Positions 35,483 to 44,630 of a DNA stretch of 64,000 nt are shown here, in pieces. The first letter of the stretch is position 1. Every line of letters begins with the position of its first letter. The stretch is taken from IMG/VR virus record IMGVR_UViG_3300029957_000007, positions 32,001 through 96,000 of that record; one strand, given 5' to 3'. The translations under genes and the position numbers were made by a program. The notes under the pieces were generated by a model that was not told where the DNA came from, ran no database searches, and was given only the letters and a program-made list of their open reading frames with translations. The stretch is from a virus.

Positions 35483-38359
35483 GTGTTACTGAGATATGCG
35501 AAAGCCAAGATAACACGAATCGCCTCGTGGGATGAGATCTTTATCAGAGACAGAAAGGTCAGAACAGCTTCCATCCTGGAAGACAAAGCACTTGATCGTA
35601 CCATTCAGATCAAGCCAATCGCATTGAACCCACAGAAGTATTTGTATGTTCAAGCGAGAGCAGTGAGTGGCGGTGAAGTACATGGTCCAAACGACAACGG
35701 CGACTACTTTCGTTGGGAGGAGCTGCAAGAACGGTACATGACGTTCATTGGAGCTGCTGTCAACATCGACCACAAGAACAACGCACCAGAATGGGCTTGT
35801 GGTATCATCATCGACGCACAACTCAATCCTGAACAATGGGTTGAGATCGTCATGGCTATCGATAAAGCAAAAGCAGAGAAGTTGTACCCTGGAGTCATCA
35901 AGAAAATTGAGGCTGGAGCTATCACAGACGTCTCAATGGGCTGCTTGGTAGAATGGTCGATCTGCTCAACTTGCTTGAGAACGAAGGCCGATGGCGATGA
36001 ATCGAAGCTTGTGCAGGGTCAAGGGCTTGCAATGGAGCCTGAAGATTATTGCGAGCATGTCGATGAAGATTCGCCTGCATTCTGTAAAGGAATGCCTGAT
36101 CCGGATGGAGAGATCTGCCATGAAGATAATCGTGGCGTGACCTTCTTTGAAGAGAGCATCATCACAACTCAAGGCGCAGATCCAGACGCCAAACTCGGAC
36201 AACGCTTTGCGTCTGTCAAGATCAACGAAAAAATTCGAATCGCTTCATTCGCTCCACCTCAGCACACACCTTCAGACAAGTCGGCATTAGCGCCGTACAT
36301 CAACTTTCGGTCACTCGACAATGTGCGACTTGCACATTTGAAACGGATCTCAAAAGGAGAAGATAGCATGGGTGCTGAGAAGAAGCCAGTGGTTGCTGCT
36401 GGTCCGGGGAATCCAACGGATACAGAGCAGGACAGAGGCGATTACGGCAAAGCCAGCGAGAAGGACAAGGCTCTCTTCGATCAAAGCAAGCAGAAGAGCC
36501 AGAAGGAAGACGAGAAGCGAGGCAATGAGGTGGAGACCATGATCGACCGTGGCGACTACACACTCGCTGCTTTGGCTGCAGTGCAAGTCCTTCGCAAAGC
36601 TGGTAAGGCCGATCCAAAGCTGATCGCTTCCCTGCTGCCACTCATCGCCTCGGAAGAGGAAGTTGAGAAGCCAGGCGAGAAGAAGGCTGATGAGGTCGAC
36701 ATGCACAAGGACAAGGCGAAGCCCGGTGAGGAAGAGGGCGTCGAGGAAGTCCCTGAGAAAAAGGAAGTCGGTGAGAAGCCAGGCATGGTTGAGAAGGGCG
36801 AAGAGGAATATGTCGAGCCAACAGCTGCCACTGCTGCTAAGAAAGATGTGAAGCTGAGCGGCAAGGATTCCAAGTTCGCTCAGGCCAAGGCTGTTTTGGC
36901 TGATGCAATGAGCAAAATTGGTGCCATCCTTGGCAATCCTTTAGAGACCGCAAAGGATGCTGGCGATTACGATGCTGGCGATGTGAACAAAGAGACCAAG
37001 TCAGTGGCTGACAGCAATGCTGGTGCCACTGAGAAAGAGAAGAAGGCGCAAGATGCCGCTGGCAATTCGACCAAAGAGGATCGTGAGAAACAGGTCGAGC
37101 TGGCCAAGCGTGCTGCTGCCAAACAGCGCAAAGCTGATAACGAAGACAAGAAAGTGGACTTCATCACGAGTGAGATGATGAAGGGCAAGAACTTCGACGA
37201 CTCCAAGCAAGAAGCTGATGAGCGCTATAAAGAAGACGAGACTCGTCAAGCCGCTGCTGAGCCAGAGATGAAGGACGGCACAGACAAGACGCAGAAGTCA
37301 CCAGCCACTGAAGACAAGGCTGAAGGCGAGAACAAGATGCAAGACAAAGAATTGGATCAAGAGAAAGCTGGTTCCTCAGTCGAGAAGCCTGAAGTCGAGC
37401 GAGAGATCGCTGCTGGCAAGAAGGTGAAAGCTGAGAGCACCGAAGAGGAAATGCAAAAAGGCACTGAAGAGACCAAGGACAGCAAGAAGGAAGCCGCTGC
37501 TGAAGAGGCTCCCGAGTCGAAGGAAGAGAAAGAGGTCGAAGGCGCCAAGGAAGAGAAATCCGAGAAGCCAGAGGAAGTGGTTGGGAAGCTCGACACCGCT
37601 GCTGCCGCCTTTGAGGACGAGGAGAAGAAGCTGAAGGAAGAGGCCGCAAACCTCGCCTCCCTCGGCCTGAAGGAAGAGGCGAAGCTGATCGTCAAGCGGA
37701 TCTCTTCACTTCAAGAGAAAGTCGCTGTGCTGAACAGCCTGGCGAACAAGATCGAGGACAACGGCAAGCGCGTTGCTTCGGTTGCGAACATTGCTCAGCG
37801 GAAGAAAGCGCTGGGTCAGTTCTCCATCATGGTCAAGAAGGCCTCGGTGATCCTGGCTGAGGTCTGCAAGGGCGATGATGAGGAGAAGAAGACGGTCGAG
37901 TCTTCGATGCAGAAGTCGGCTTCGGCCAAGCGGCTTGCTTCAGAGAATGCTCAACTGAAGGCCTCCCAATTGAAGCAGCAAGCGGCTATCCAGCGCATTG
38001 CTCGCTCTCAAGCGGTCTCCAGCCTGATCAAGATGGCGAAGGAGAAGGGGCTGATCGACGAGACACAGGTTGCGAGCACCATCGAACGCTGGTCTAAACT
38101 CTCGGATCCTGCTTTTGCCGAGATCAAGGCCCACTTCGCTGCTGCAAAGCCTGTTCGAGTGGCTGGTGTGCAGGGTCTGCGCAAGAATCTCCGTGAGGCT
38201 GCTGCGGGCTTGACCCGTGTCGCCAATGGAGAACTTGAAGGCGTGGAAGCTCCTGTGGCTGGCTTGATGAAGCAATCGGACCTTGACGAACAGCTGGCGG
38301 ACATGTTCATGGACGATGCTCGTGCCATGGGCAGCAAAGGACCCCGCGGAAGCTTCTAA
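35483..38359 (+). CDS. Prohead protease fused to a long acidic scaffold domain
   Basis: NDNGDYF, VNIDH (His), DVSMGC (Ser) and CSTC..CEH motifs, then a ~650-aa charged coiled coil; upstream of the MCP. Confidence 0.8.
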   Translation: MLLRYAKAKITRIASWDEIFIRDRKVRTASILEDKALDRTIQIKPIALNPQKYLYVQARAVSGGEVHGPNDNGDYFRWEELQERYMTFIGAAVNIDHKNNAPEWACGIIIDAQLNPEQWVEIVMAIDKAKAEKLYPGVIKKIEAGAITDVSMGCLVEWSICSTCLRTKADGDESKLVQGQGLAMEPEDYCEHVDEDSPAFCKGMPDPDGEICHEDNRGVTFFEESIITTQGADPDAKLGQRFASVKINEKIRIASFAPPQHTPSDKSALAPYINFRSLDNVRLAHLKRISKGEDSMGAEKKPVVAAGPGNPTDTEQDRGDYGKASEKDKALFDQSKQKSQKEDEKRGNEVETMIDRGDYTLAALAAVQVLRKAGKADPKLIASLLPLIASEEEVEKPGEKKADEVDMHKDKAKPGEEEGVEEVPEKKEVGEKPGMVEKGEEEYVEPTAATAAKKDVKLSGKDSKFAQAKAVLADAMSKIGAILGNPLETAKDAGDYDAGDVNKETKSVADSNAGATEKEKKAQDAAGNSTKEDREKQVELAKRAAAKQRKADNEDKKVDFITSEMMKGKNFDDSKQEADERYKEDETRQAAAEPEMKDGTDKTQKSPATEDKAEGENKMQDKELDQEKAGSSVEKPEVEREIAAGKKVKAESTEEEMQKGTEETKDSKKEAAAEEAPESKEEKEVEGAKEEKSEKPEEVVGKLDTAAAAFEDEEKKLKEEAANLASLGLKEEAKLIVKRISSLQEKVAVLNSLANKIEDNGKRVASVANIAQRKKALGQFSIMVKKASVILAEVCKGDDEEKKTVESSMQKSASAKRLASENAQLKASQLKQQAAIQRIARSQAVSSLIKMAKEKGLIDETQVASTIERWSKLSDPAFAEIKAHFAAAKPVRVAGVQGLRKNLREAAAGLTRVANGELEGVEAPVAGLMKQSDLDEQLADMFMDDARAMGSKGPRGSF

Positions 38360-38430
38360 CATTAGTGAGCGAAGCTCATTAGTGTCCTTGAGCTGGATGA
38401 TCTAGCTCAAATGCAATGGAGGAAAGAACA

Positions 38431-38901
38431 ATGGGTATGCAGGTCCTGCAACTCAGCTTCAAGGATGGCAACATCCCGTTGGATCCCACCGTGGCTGCGA
38501 ACGGCTACTTCGGTGGTCAGCCCGCTGCCATCAATTCGCTCGGTCAGGCCACGAAGGCTACCAGCGGTGGTGGTTCACCGGCTTACATCGGCATGTTCAA
38601 GAACTCACAGTACGAGGACGCTCAGAACGGCAACGTGACGATCGTCTTCGGCGCTAGCAAGGTGCAGTTCATGAACGGTTCGGACCAGGTGGAGAACACT
38701 GACCTGTCAGGCAATGTGATCGAAGGCGCTCCGTATGATACCACTCAGACGTACGCCAACGCTCAGTACCTGTACATCGATCACGTGTCCGGCCTGTGGA
38801 CCAACCAGAGCGCTGGCAACGGCACTGCGAAGGGCATCATCACCAAGGCCCCGACGTCGACAGACTCGACGCTGGAAGCCTACATGTTCGCCGTCGCCTA
38901 A
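38431..38901 (+). CDS. Head decoration/capsid cement protein
   Basis: Between scaffold and MCP; GQYL..D..GLWT...GIITKAPT pattern; ggagg RBS. Confidence 0.7.
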   Translation: MGMQVLQLSFKDGNIPLDPTVAANGYFGGQPAAINSLGQATKATSGGGSPAYIGMFKNSQYEDAQNGNVTIVFGASKVQFMNGSDQVENTDLSGNVIEGAPYDTTQTYANAQYLYIDHVSGLWTNQSAGNGTAKGIITKAPTSTDSTLEAYMFAVA

Positions 38902-38943
38902 GCCAACTCAACCGACATAACTGTCACCGGAGGAATCACAACA

Positions 38944-39912
38944 ATGGATCCGAGAATGTCACGTGCCATGCAGGCTTTCGCTTCGGCTTACAACGGCGAC
39001 CCTGCTACTGCCGGCAAGCACCCCGGCCAGGTGAGCTCTGAGAAGCGTGAGGCTGCCAAGCGCATGCATCTTCGTCGTGAGGCTGCTCTCACCCAGGCTC
39101 TGCAAACCGAGGCTGGTCTGAAGCGCATCGCCGCGAACATGTCGAACCCTGTCCGCTTCAAGTTGGACTACAAAGGGATCTTCCGCAAGTTCGTCATTGT
39201 GGAACAGATGCCCGATGGCGTCCCGCTGATCTGGGACAAGGATCAGCCGCTGGCTCCTGCCGTGAAGGTCGGCAAGGGCGGTTCACCTCGCATGATCGAG
39301 ATGCGAGGCAAGCGTGTGGAGCTCCAGGCCTTTGAGATCGCCAGCCGTGTGAAGGTTCCTTACGAGGAGCTGTTCACTCGCCGGTACAGGGCCCTGGATC
39401 GTGCCAAGGATCGTCTGATCGAAGGCATGGAGCTGCGTGAGGATCTGATCGGCTTCTCGCTGATCGAGACCGCGAGCTCCCTGGTTAACACCCCGGTGGT
39501 GACGGCCGGTGCTTTCGACCGTGATCTGCTGGCCAAGATGTTCGTGCAAGTGGAAGCCAATCGCTTGCCTGTTGCGACGGTTCTGATGTCGCCATACGGC
39601 ACGATGGGCATCCGTCGTCTGCAGTTCCAGAACCTGGACCAGGTCGGCATGCAGGAAGTCCGGGAGACCGGGTACCTCGGCAACATGTGGGGTGCTGACT
39701 TCTACGTGTCAGATCAGATCCCGGCTGGTACGGCTTACGCCTTCACCGGTCCAAAGTTCTTCGGCTGGATGCCGATCCGCAAAGACACCGACGTCATCCC
39801 TGCTGATGACCCGGACAATCTGCGCCTCGGCTTCGTCGGCTATGAGCTCCTGGCCATGACGATCTTCAACGCCCTGGGCGTGGTGAAGGGCAGCTTCAAC
39901 ATCGCTGCCTAA
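38944..39912 (+). CDS. Major capsid protein (HK97 fold)
   Basis: 322 aa; P.R.KLDY.G..RK..VEQ.P.G, FEIASRV and GYLG.MWGA motifs; strongest codon bias in the window. Confidence 0.88.
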   Translation: MDPRMSRAMQAFASAYNGDPATAGKHPGQVSSEKREAAKRMHLRREAALTQALQTEAGLKRIAANMSNPVRFKLDYKGIFRKFVIVEQMPDGVPLIWDKDQPLAPAVKVGKGGSPRMIEMRGKRVELQAFEIASRVKVPYEELFTRRYRALDRAKDRLIEGMELREDLIGFSLIETASSLVNTPVVTAGAFDRDLLAKMFVQVEANRLPVATVLMSPYGTMGIRRLQFQNLDQVGMQEVRETGYLGNMWGADFYVSDQIPAGTAYAFTGPKFFGWMPIRKDTDVIPADDPDNLRLGFVGYELLAMTIFNALGVVKGSFNIAA

Positions 39913-39935
39913 GATCGACTGACGCAATGTGGAAG

Positions 39936-39964
39936 GAGGAGGAGGAGCTATCAGCCTCCTCCTC
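39936..39964 (+). promoter_or_regulatory. Stable hairpin just after the MCP stop (attenuator or mRNA stabiliser)
   Basis: gaggaggagg/cctcctcctc 10-bp stem; no U-tract. Confidence 0.5.
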
Positions 39965-40001
39965 TAACCATTATCCTCTGACTCAAACAAAAGGAACTAC
40001 C

Positions 40002-40454
40002 ATGTCGAATGCTAAAGTCGTGACACGTGAGATGATCGAGAACATCCGCTTCGTTCAGAACACGTTGAACGCTCAGCTGATGATCCCTGACCTGGGCAAG
40101 AACGGCATCGTTCTGACGCCTTACGAGATCGTGGACTTCTCTCGCTTCTTCTCCAAGCGTGAGCTCGGTCAGTCATCGCACTTGGATTACTGCCTGAAGG
40201 AAGGGCATCTGAAAGTGCTGGAGACTCCTGCCAATGTTGCCGAGGCAACTGGCGAGAATCTCAAGTTCAAGGACGCTGTGCAGGAAGAGGACAAAGAGAA
40301 GCTGCGTGGTGAAGAGCTCCCGAAGGACACGCCGGTCACTGATCGTGTTGAGACCAAGTTCGATGAGGGTCTGGACAAGGTTGAGGACAAGGAAGACCAG
40401 GAAGACGAAGAGACCAAGCTCAGCAAGAAGCGTCGCAAAGCCAGCCAGGAATAG
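40002..40454 (+). CDS. Conserved-position protein downstream of the MCP (head-associated?)
   Basis: aagga RBS; acidic tail. Confidence 0.6.
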   Translation: MSNAKVVTREMIENIRFVQNTLNAQLMIPDLGKNGIVLTPYEIVDFSRFFSKRELGQSSHLDYCLKEGHLKVLETPANVAEATGENLKFKDAVQEEDKEKLRGEELPKDTPVTDRVETKFDEGLDKVEDKEDQEDEETKLSKKRRKASQE

Positions 40455-40467
40455 GTGGACAGCGATT

Positions 40468-40502
40468 AAGGATCTCCCTCAGCAAAGAGGGAGATCCCTT
40501 TG
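40468..40502 (+). terminator. Intrinsic terminator of the head operon
   Basis: ggatctccctc-agcaaa-gagggagatcc followed by ctttgt. Confidence 0.75.
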
Positions 40503-40575
40503 TGTTGTGAAACAGCGAATTCACAACACAAATGGATCTACCACGTTTTTTTTCCACCCACAAGGGAGACAAGCA

Positions 40576-42771
40576 ATGAAGAGAACAGCGCTGCTCATTG
40601 GCTTGCTGATGTGCACCATCAGCGCATGGGCCAATCCATCAACACCAACGGGACTTGCCGTTGTGACAAACACAGCGACAAGTGCTAATCTGACTTGGAA
40701 TTCAGTCAGCGGCATTGGTATCAAGTACAACATCTATCAGAATGGAACATTACTCGGAAACAATGGCGGCACAAATGCTCAAGTGTCTGGCCTTGTAACT
40801 GGCGTGAGTTATGGATTCGGCGTTCAAGCTTTTGACATCAACAACCTCGCATCAGCGGTTTCGCCATATGTGACGATCACTGCTGGATCTGGTGTCACGC
40901 CAACTGGTCAAGTACAGAATGTCTATTGCGTGAATTGTTCCTCTGGGTCAGGTGGCGGAGGTGGTTCCGTCACACAGGGGACTTCACCATGGGTTACGAG
41001 CGGAACAATTACAGGATCTATTCCAACTGGTAACAATACAATAGGTGCCGTTGGTGTGACAAGTATGCCAACTATTTCAATTAATCCGGCCAATGTCTAC
41101 ATCACTGGCACGGTGAATGCTAATGTCACCTCTTCTACTGCGCAACAGATTACGATTACTGCTTCGAGTATCACGTTACCAGTTAGTGTGACGGCGGCAT
41201 TACCAGCTGGAACAAACTACATTGGTGCAATAAATATTAGCAATACATCAGCAATTAGCATTAGCGCCACCGGCGGGGCATTTGGAGTGAACAACTTCCC
41301 AACCTCACTGACAAACGGCGATTGGGTCTCAGGTGATACGCCAGAAGCTCAACTTGCATCAGTGGAAGCCTACTTGAAGATGTCGAACACGGCTGGTACT
41401 GCTGACAACGTAATGGGTGACACCACCAATGGTCTGTGGGTTAATCTGAAGAATGCAGTCGCTTTGACTGTGAATACCCATGCCGTTACGCAGTCTGGAG
41501 CATGGGCTGCATTCGTCACACCAAGCGTTGGTACGTCCAGTGGTTCTCCTGCTTTCATCTCCGTGACAGGTCAGGTTCCAGTGACTTGCTCTAATTGTAC
41601 TAGCGGAAGCAGTGGAGCTTCTTCTGGGCTGAGTCTGGGAGCGCAGACTACAACTGCCGTTGTCGGATGGTTTGGCGGCATCACGAGTTCGGTATCCGTA
41701 AATACACATGCAGTGACTCAAAGCGGAGCATGGGCTGCATTCGTCACACCAAGCGTTGGTGTTGTGGCTGCAACTCCAGTATTTGTTTCCATACCAGCGG
41801 GAACTTACCTGACAGCCAATCCGGTGGGAGGTGCATTCCTTGGTTCTGTTTCCTTCGTTGCAGGTGCGATTGGAACTTCTTCTGGCAATCCACAATATGT
41901 CAATCAAGCTGGACTCACTTACTACAACAGTGTGAGTAACAATAGTTCTGTTCAACTTGCTTCATCTGCTACATTCACTGGAGCTATCGAAGGAGCTTTT
42001 AACCAACCAGCTGCACAGGTTATGGTCTTCGGCGACCAACCCATGACCATCTATTGTGACCAGTTTAACGCCCTAAACAACGTTGTGGAAACAGATACTT
42101 TTACTTATGTGACATTCACTACTGGCATCGCAAGTCAGGGATTCAATCGTAACATTATGATTACTGGAGACGCCTTTAGGGTGCGGTGTCAGAATACGGG
42201 GGCAGGCACCACTACTACATTTAATTTAGAAACCACTTACGGTACCTTACCACCAGAACCCAACGCCATCACGAGTTTAGGTAATAAAAAGATTGCTTTG
42301 ATGGAATTAGGAGGCCTTCTCCTGAACGCTGCTGGAATTCCTATTTCAGGAACGGTCAATTCAAATCTGTACGTCGCAGGTGCTGCCAATAATGCAACTA
42401 ACGGCGCGTTCTTCAGCAACCTTGGCAACTACTCTACCGGGCGATACGTCACCACAGCCGCTGGGGCTACGAATGCAACTTCCATTAAAGCCAGCAGTGG
42501 CATGATTACTGGATTGTGGGCCAGCAACACCAATGGCAGTACACAATATATTAAACTTTATGACGTGTCATACACGCCACAAGTCGGTGTTACTGTACCG
42601 ATGCTAACCATAGGCGTCCCAGCAAATGGTGGTTTTCTCAATCCAGTTGGAGCATCTGCCTGTCTGACATTTACATCTGGGATTGCAACCGCTACTACAG
42701 CTAACAGTGGTGATACAGACGCAACGAGCATTGCTGCTTCAACATTGAAATTTATCATTAACTGGAAATAG
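40576..42771 (+). CDS. Signal-peptide FN3-domain fibre-like protein
   Basis: MKRTALLIGLLMCTISAWA; PSTPTGL...LTW...YNIYQNG...Y.F.VQAFD FN3 pattern; Gly/Ser/Thr-rich shaft; phage-type C-terminal beta domain. Confidence 0.65.
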   Translation: MKRTALLIGLLMCTISAWANPSTPTGLAVVTNTATSANLTWNSVSGIGIKYNIYQNGTLLGNNGGTNAQVSGLVTGVSYGFGVQAFDINNLASAVSPYVTITAGSGVTPTGQVQNVYCVNCSSGSGGGGGSVTQGTSPWVTSGTITGSIPTGNNTIGAVGVTSMPTISINPANVYITGTVNANVTSSTAQQITITASSITLPVSVTAALPAGTNYIGAINISNTSAISISATGGAFGVNNFPTSLTNGDWVSGDTPEAQLASVEAYLKMSNTAGTADNVMGDTTNGLWVNLKNAVALTVNTHAVTQSGAWAAFVTPSVGTSSGSPAFISVTGQVPVTCSNCTSGSSGASSGLSLGAQTTTAVVGWFGGITSSVSVNTHAVTQSGAWAAFVTPSVGVVAATPVFVSIPAGTYLTANPVGGAFLGSVSFVAGAIGTSSGNPQYVNQAGLTYYNSVSNNSSVQLASSATFTGAIEGAFNQPAAQVMVFGDQPMTIYCDQFNALNNVVETDTFTYVTFTTGIASQGFNRNIMITGDAFRVRCQNTGAGTTTTFNLETTYGTLPPEPNAITSLGNKKIALMELGGLLLNAAGIPISGTVNSNLYVAGAANNATNGAFFSNLGNYSTGRYVTTAAGATNATSIKASSGMITGLWASNTNGSTQYIKLYDVSYTPQVGVTVPMLTIGVPANGGFLNPVGASACLTFTSGIATATTANSGDTDATSIAASTLKFIINWK
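41470..41760 (+). repeat. Duplicated 21-aa segment VNTHAVTQSGAWAAFVTPSVG (41470-41532 and 41698-41760)
   Basis: 36 nt are identical between copies (41497-41532 = 41725-41760). Confidence 0.9.
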
Positions 42772-42781
42772 GGAGTCTATT

Positions 42782-43399
42782 ATGAAAAAAATCAGTCTTC
42801 TAGTTCTACTGCTCGGCTTGAGTTCTTTAAGCCTAGCTCAAATGCCAGTTAGCGTCAGTGCTACCGCTAATGCAACTTATGCTTGGACCACCAGCAATAC
42901 CGGTTACAGTTTAGTGGTAGCTGGTTTGGGCATGGCAGATACAGGCCAAGGTGCATTGTCTGGTACTATTGGTTTTACAATGGTCTCCTTGGTGAACAAC
43001 TCAGCTTCTACCAATCTTGTTTTGGATGAGTCGAATGTCTATGGCGGTTTGAATGGCAATCCAGTTTCTGGCAGAGTGGATTTCTATTTGACCAATGCGG
43101 TAACGTTCCCAGCCAACGTTTCCAGTGCTGTGGTTCCAGTTGCCAATGATACTAAATTTACAAGTACACCAAGTACCATTACGGCGCAGGCCAACTTTAT
43201 CGGGACTGGCGCTTTGGTGGTTTCTGGGTCAAAGGTCTGGATGGGAGTTTTTCAGCCAGGGCAGACAGCTTTTAAAAATTGGAATGAAAAACTTATTATC
43301 TCCCCTGGGTGGCGCCTTGACGTGCAGATCTATCCAATCAATGGAAACACCGGCCTGGTGACATACTTGAAGTGGTTTGAACAGCCAATAATTCCATAA
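42782..43399 (+). CDS. Signal-peptide beta-sandwich protein
   Basis: MKKISLLVLLLGLSSLSLA; beta-rich mature region. Confidence 0.6.
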   Translation: MKKISLLVLLLGLSSLSLAQMPVSVSATANATYAWTTSNTGYSLVVAGLGMADTGQGALSGTIGFTMVSLVNNSASTNLVLDESNVYGGLNGNPVSGRVDFYLTNAVTFPANVSSAVVPVANDTKFTSTPSTITAQANFIGTGALVVSGSKVWMGVFQPGQTAFKNWNEKLIISPGWRLDVQIYPINGNTGLVTYLKWFEQPIIP

Positions 43400-43408
43400 G
43401 GAGACGAC

Positions 43409-44161
43409 ATGACCAAAGACAAAGCCTTCGAGACGGCATTCAAAATTACATCATGGTTCGAAACTGGCGATCAACCATTTACACAAGCTAGTGGTAACTT
43501 TGATGGGCAAGGGTTGTCGTGGGGTCCTCGTCAGACTTGCATTGGACAAGGCTCCCTTCAACCGTTGCTGCAAAGAATGTCTGTCAGTTGCCAAGCAATA
43601 TTGGTTGCTGAGCTCGGGAGCTTGAAGGCTTCCTTTGATCAAATGTTGGCGATCGGTGATACGAAGAAACAGACAGCGTTTGTTGTCACAAACTGGAACT
43701 CAGCAACAAATAGATTGCTTCCACAATGGAATGTAGCTTTTGCTGCACTAGGAAAACATCAAGAGATCCAAGACATTTTCATGGCAGAAGCAAAGAACGC
43801 GATCCTAGCTGTTGATGATCTCGCCAAATTCATCAATGGGTCAGGTCCAGTACCTTTCAGAACTTGGTGCTTGGCATTTGACATCAACACGCAAAATGGA
43901 GGCTTTGCTTCTTGGTTCAAAGCTGTGCTGACGGTCATCAAACCCATGCTTGCTCCACTGAAGCAAGATGATAGGGATTGGATGAGAACTGTCGTTTGGC
44001 TTCGAGCTGCTCAAAGCTATATCAAAGGGAATCGACCCTTTGCATTAGATGTCTTGTCTCGAAAGCTTCTCATCGTGGAAGGACACGGCAAGTTCCGCGG
44101 TGGATATGTAGATCTTGACGCAACGTTGGGCGTCACTGATGAACCAGTCGAAGGCTTATAG
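43409..44161 (+). CDS. Lysozyme-like peptidoglycan hydrolase (endolysin candidate, chitosanase-related fold)
   Basis: ITSWFETG...GNFDGQGLSWG..Q...GQGSLQPLL motif. Confidence 0.7.
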   Translation: MTKDKAFETAFKITSWFETGDQPFTQASGNFDGQGLSWGPRQTCIGQGSLQPLLQRMSVSCQAILVAELGSLKASFDQMLAIGDTKKQTAFVVTNWNSATNRLLPQWNVAFAALGKHQEIQDIFMAEAKNAILAVDDLAKFINGSGPVPFRTWCLAFDINTQNGGFASWFKAVLTVIKPMLAPLKQDDRDWMRTVVWLRAAQSYIKGNRPFALDVLSRKLLIVEGHGKFRGGYVDLDATLGVTDEPVEGL

Positions 44162-44169
44162 GAGAAACC

Positions 44170-44622
44170 ATGTCGATCGCGGCTTCTGATCTACTCTACT
44201 ACCAGTCGAACAATGCTGGAAGCACTGGCGGTACAATTTCAGCTCTTCAGATCGTTGATGCAACACTCAACAATCTATTTCCTGACGTTTCTGGTGACGG
44301 CGCTGTGACTGGCCAAAAGGACTATCGCAAGGTCTTCGTCAAGAACAATCACTCAACTCTGACGTTGATGAATCCACTCCTGTGGTTGCTGCGTCAAGCT
44401 CAAGATGACGATGTATGTTCTATAGCTCTTGGGACAGTGAATGATAGCAATCCAACGAGCCTGAATTTCGTCTCGCCGCTGGACAAGACATCTGGACTTT
44501 CGTTCCCAGATCTAGCTCCAGGACAATCACAAGGCTTCTGGATCTTGAGAACAACGCCACCAAATGCGAAAGCGTTTCCGGCGGCATCAATTCAAGTCGT
44601 CGTTGAAGGCGACACGCTTTAG
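44170..44622 (+). CDS. Virion structural protein (tail/neck associated)
   Basis: NNLFPDVSG...G..DYRKVFVKN pattern seen in myovirus structural clusters. Confidence 0.55.
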   Translation: MSIAASDLLYYQSNNAGSTGGTISALQIVDATLNNLFPDVSGDGAVTGQKDYRKVFVKNNHSTLTLMNPLLWLLRQAQDDDVCSIALGTVNDSNPTSLNFVSPLDKTSGLSFPDLAPGQSQGFWILRTTPPNAKAFPAASIQVVVEGDTL

Positions 44623-44630
44623 AGGAAACG

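Noticed and set aside
8-39912. Inteins or self-splicing introns in terminase, portal or MCP
   Set aside because: No intein terminal motifs, homing-endonuclease ORFs or interrupted frames seen
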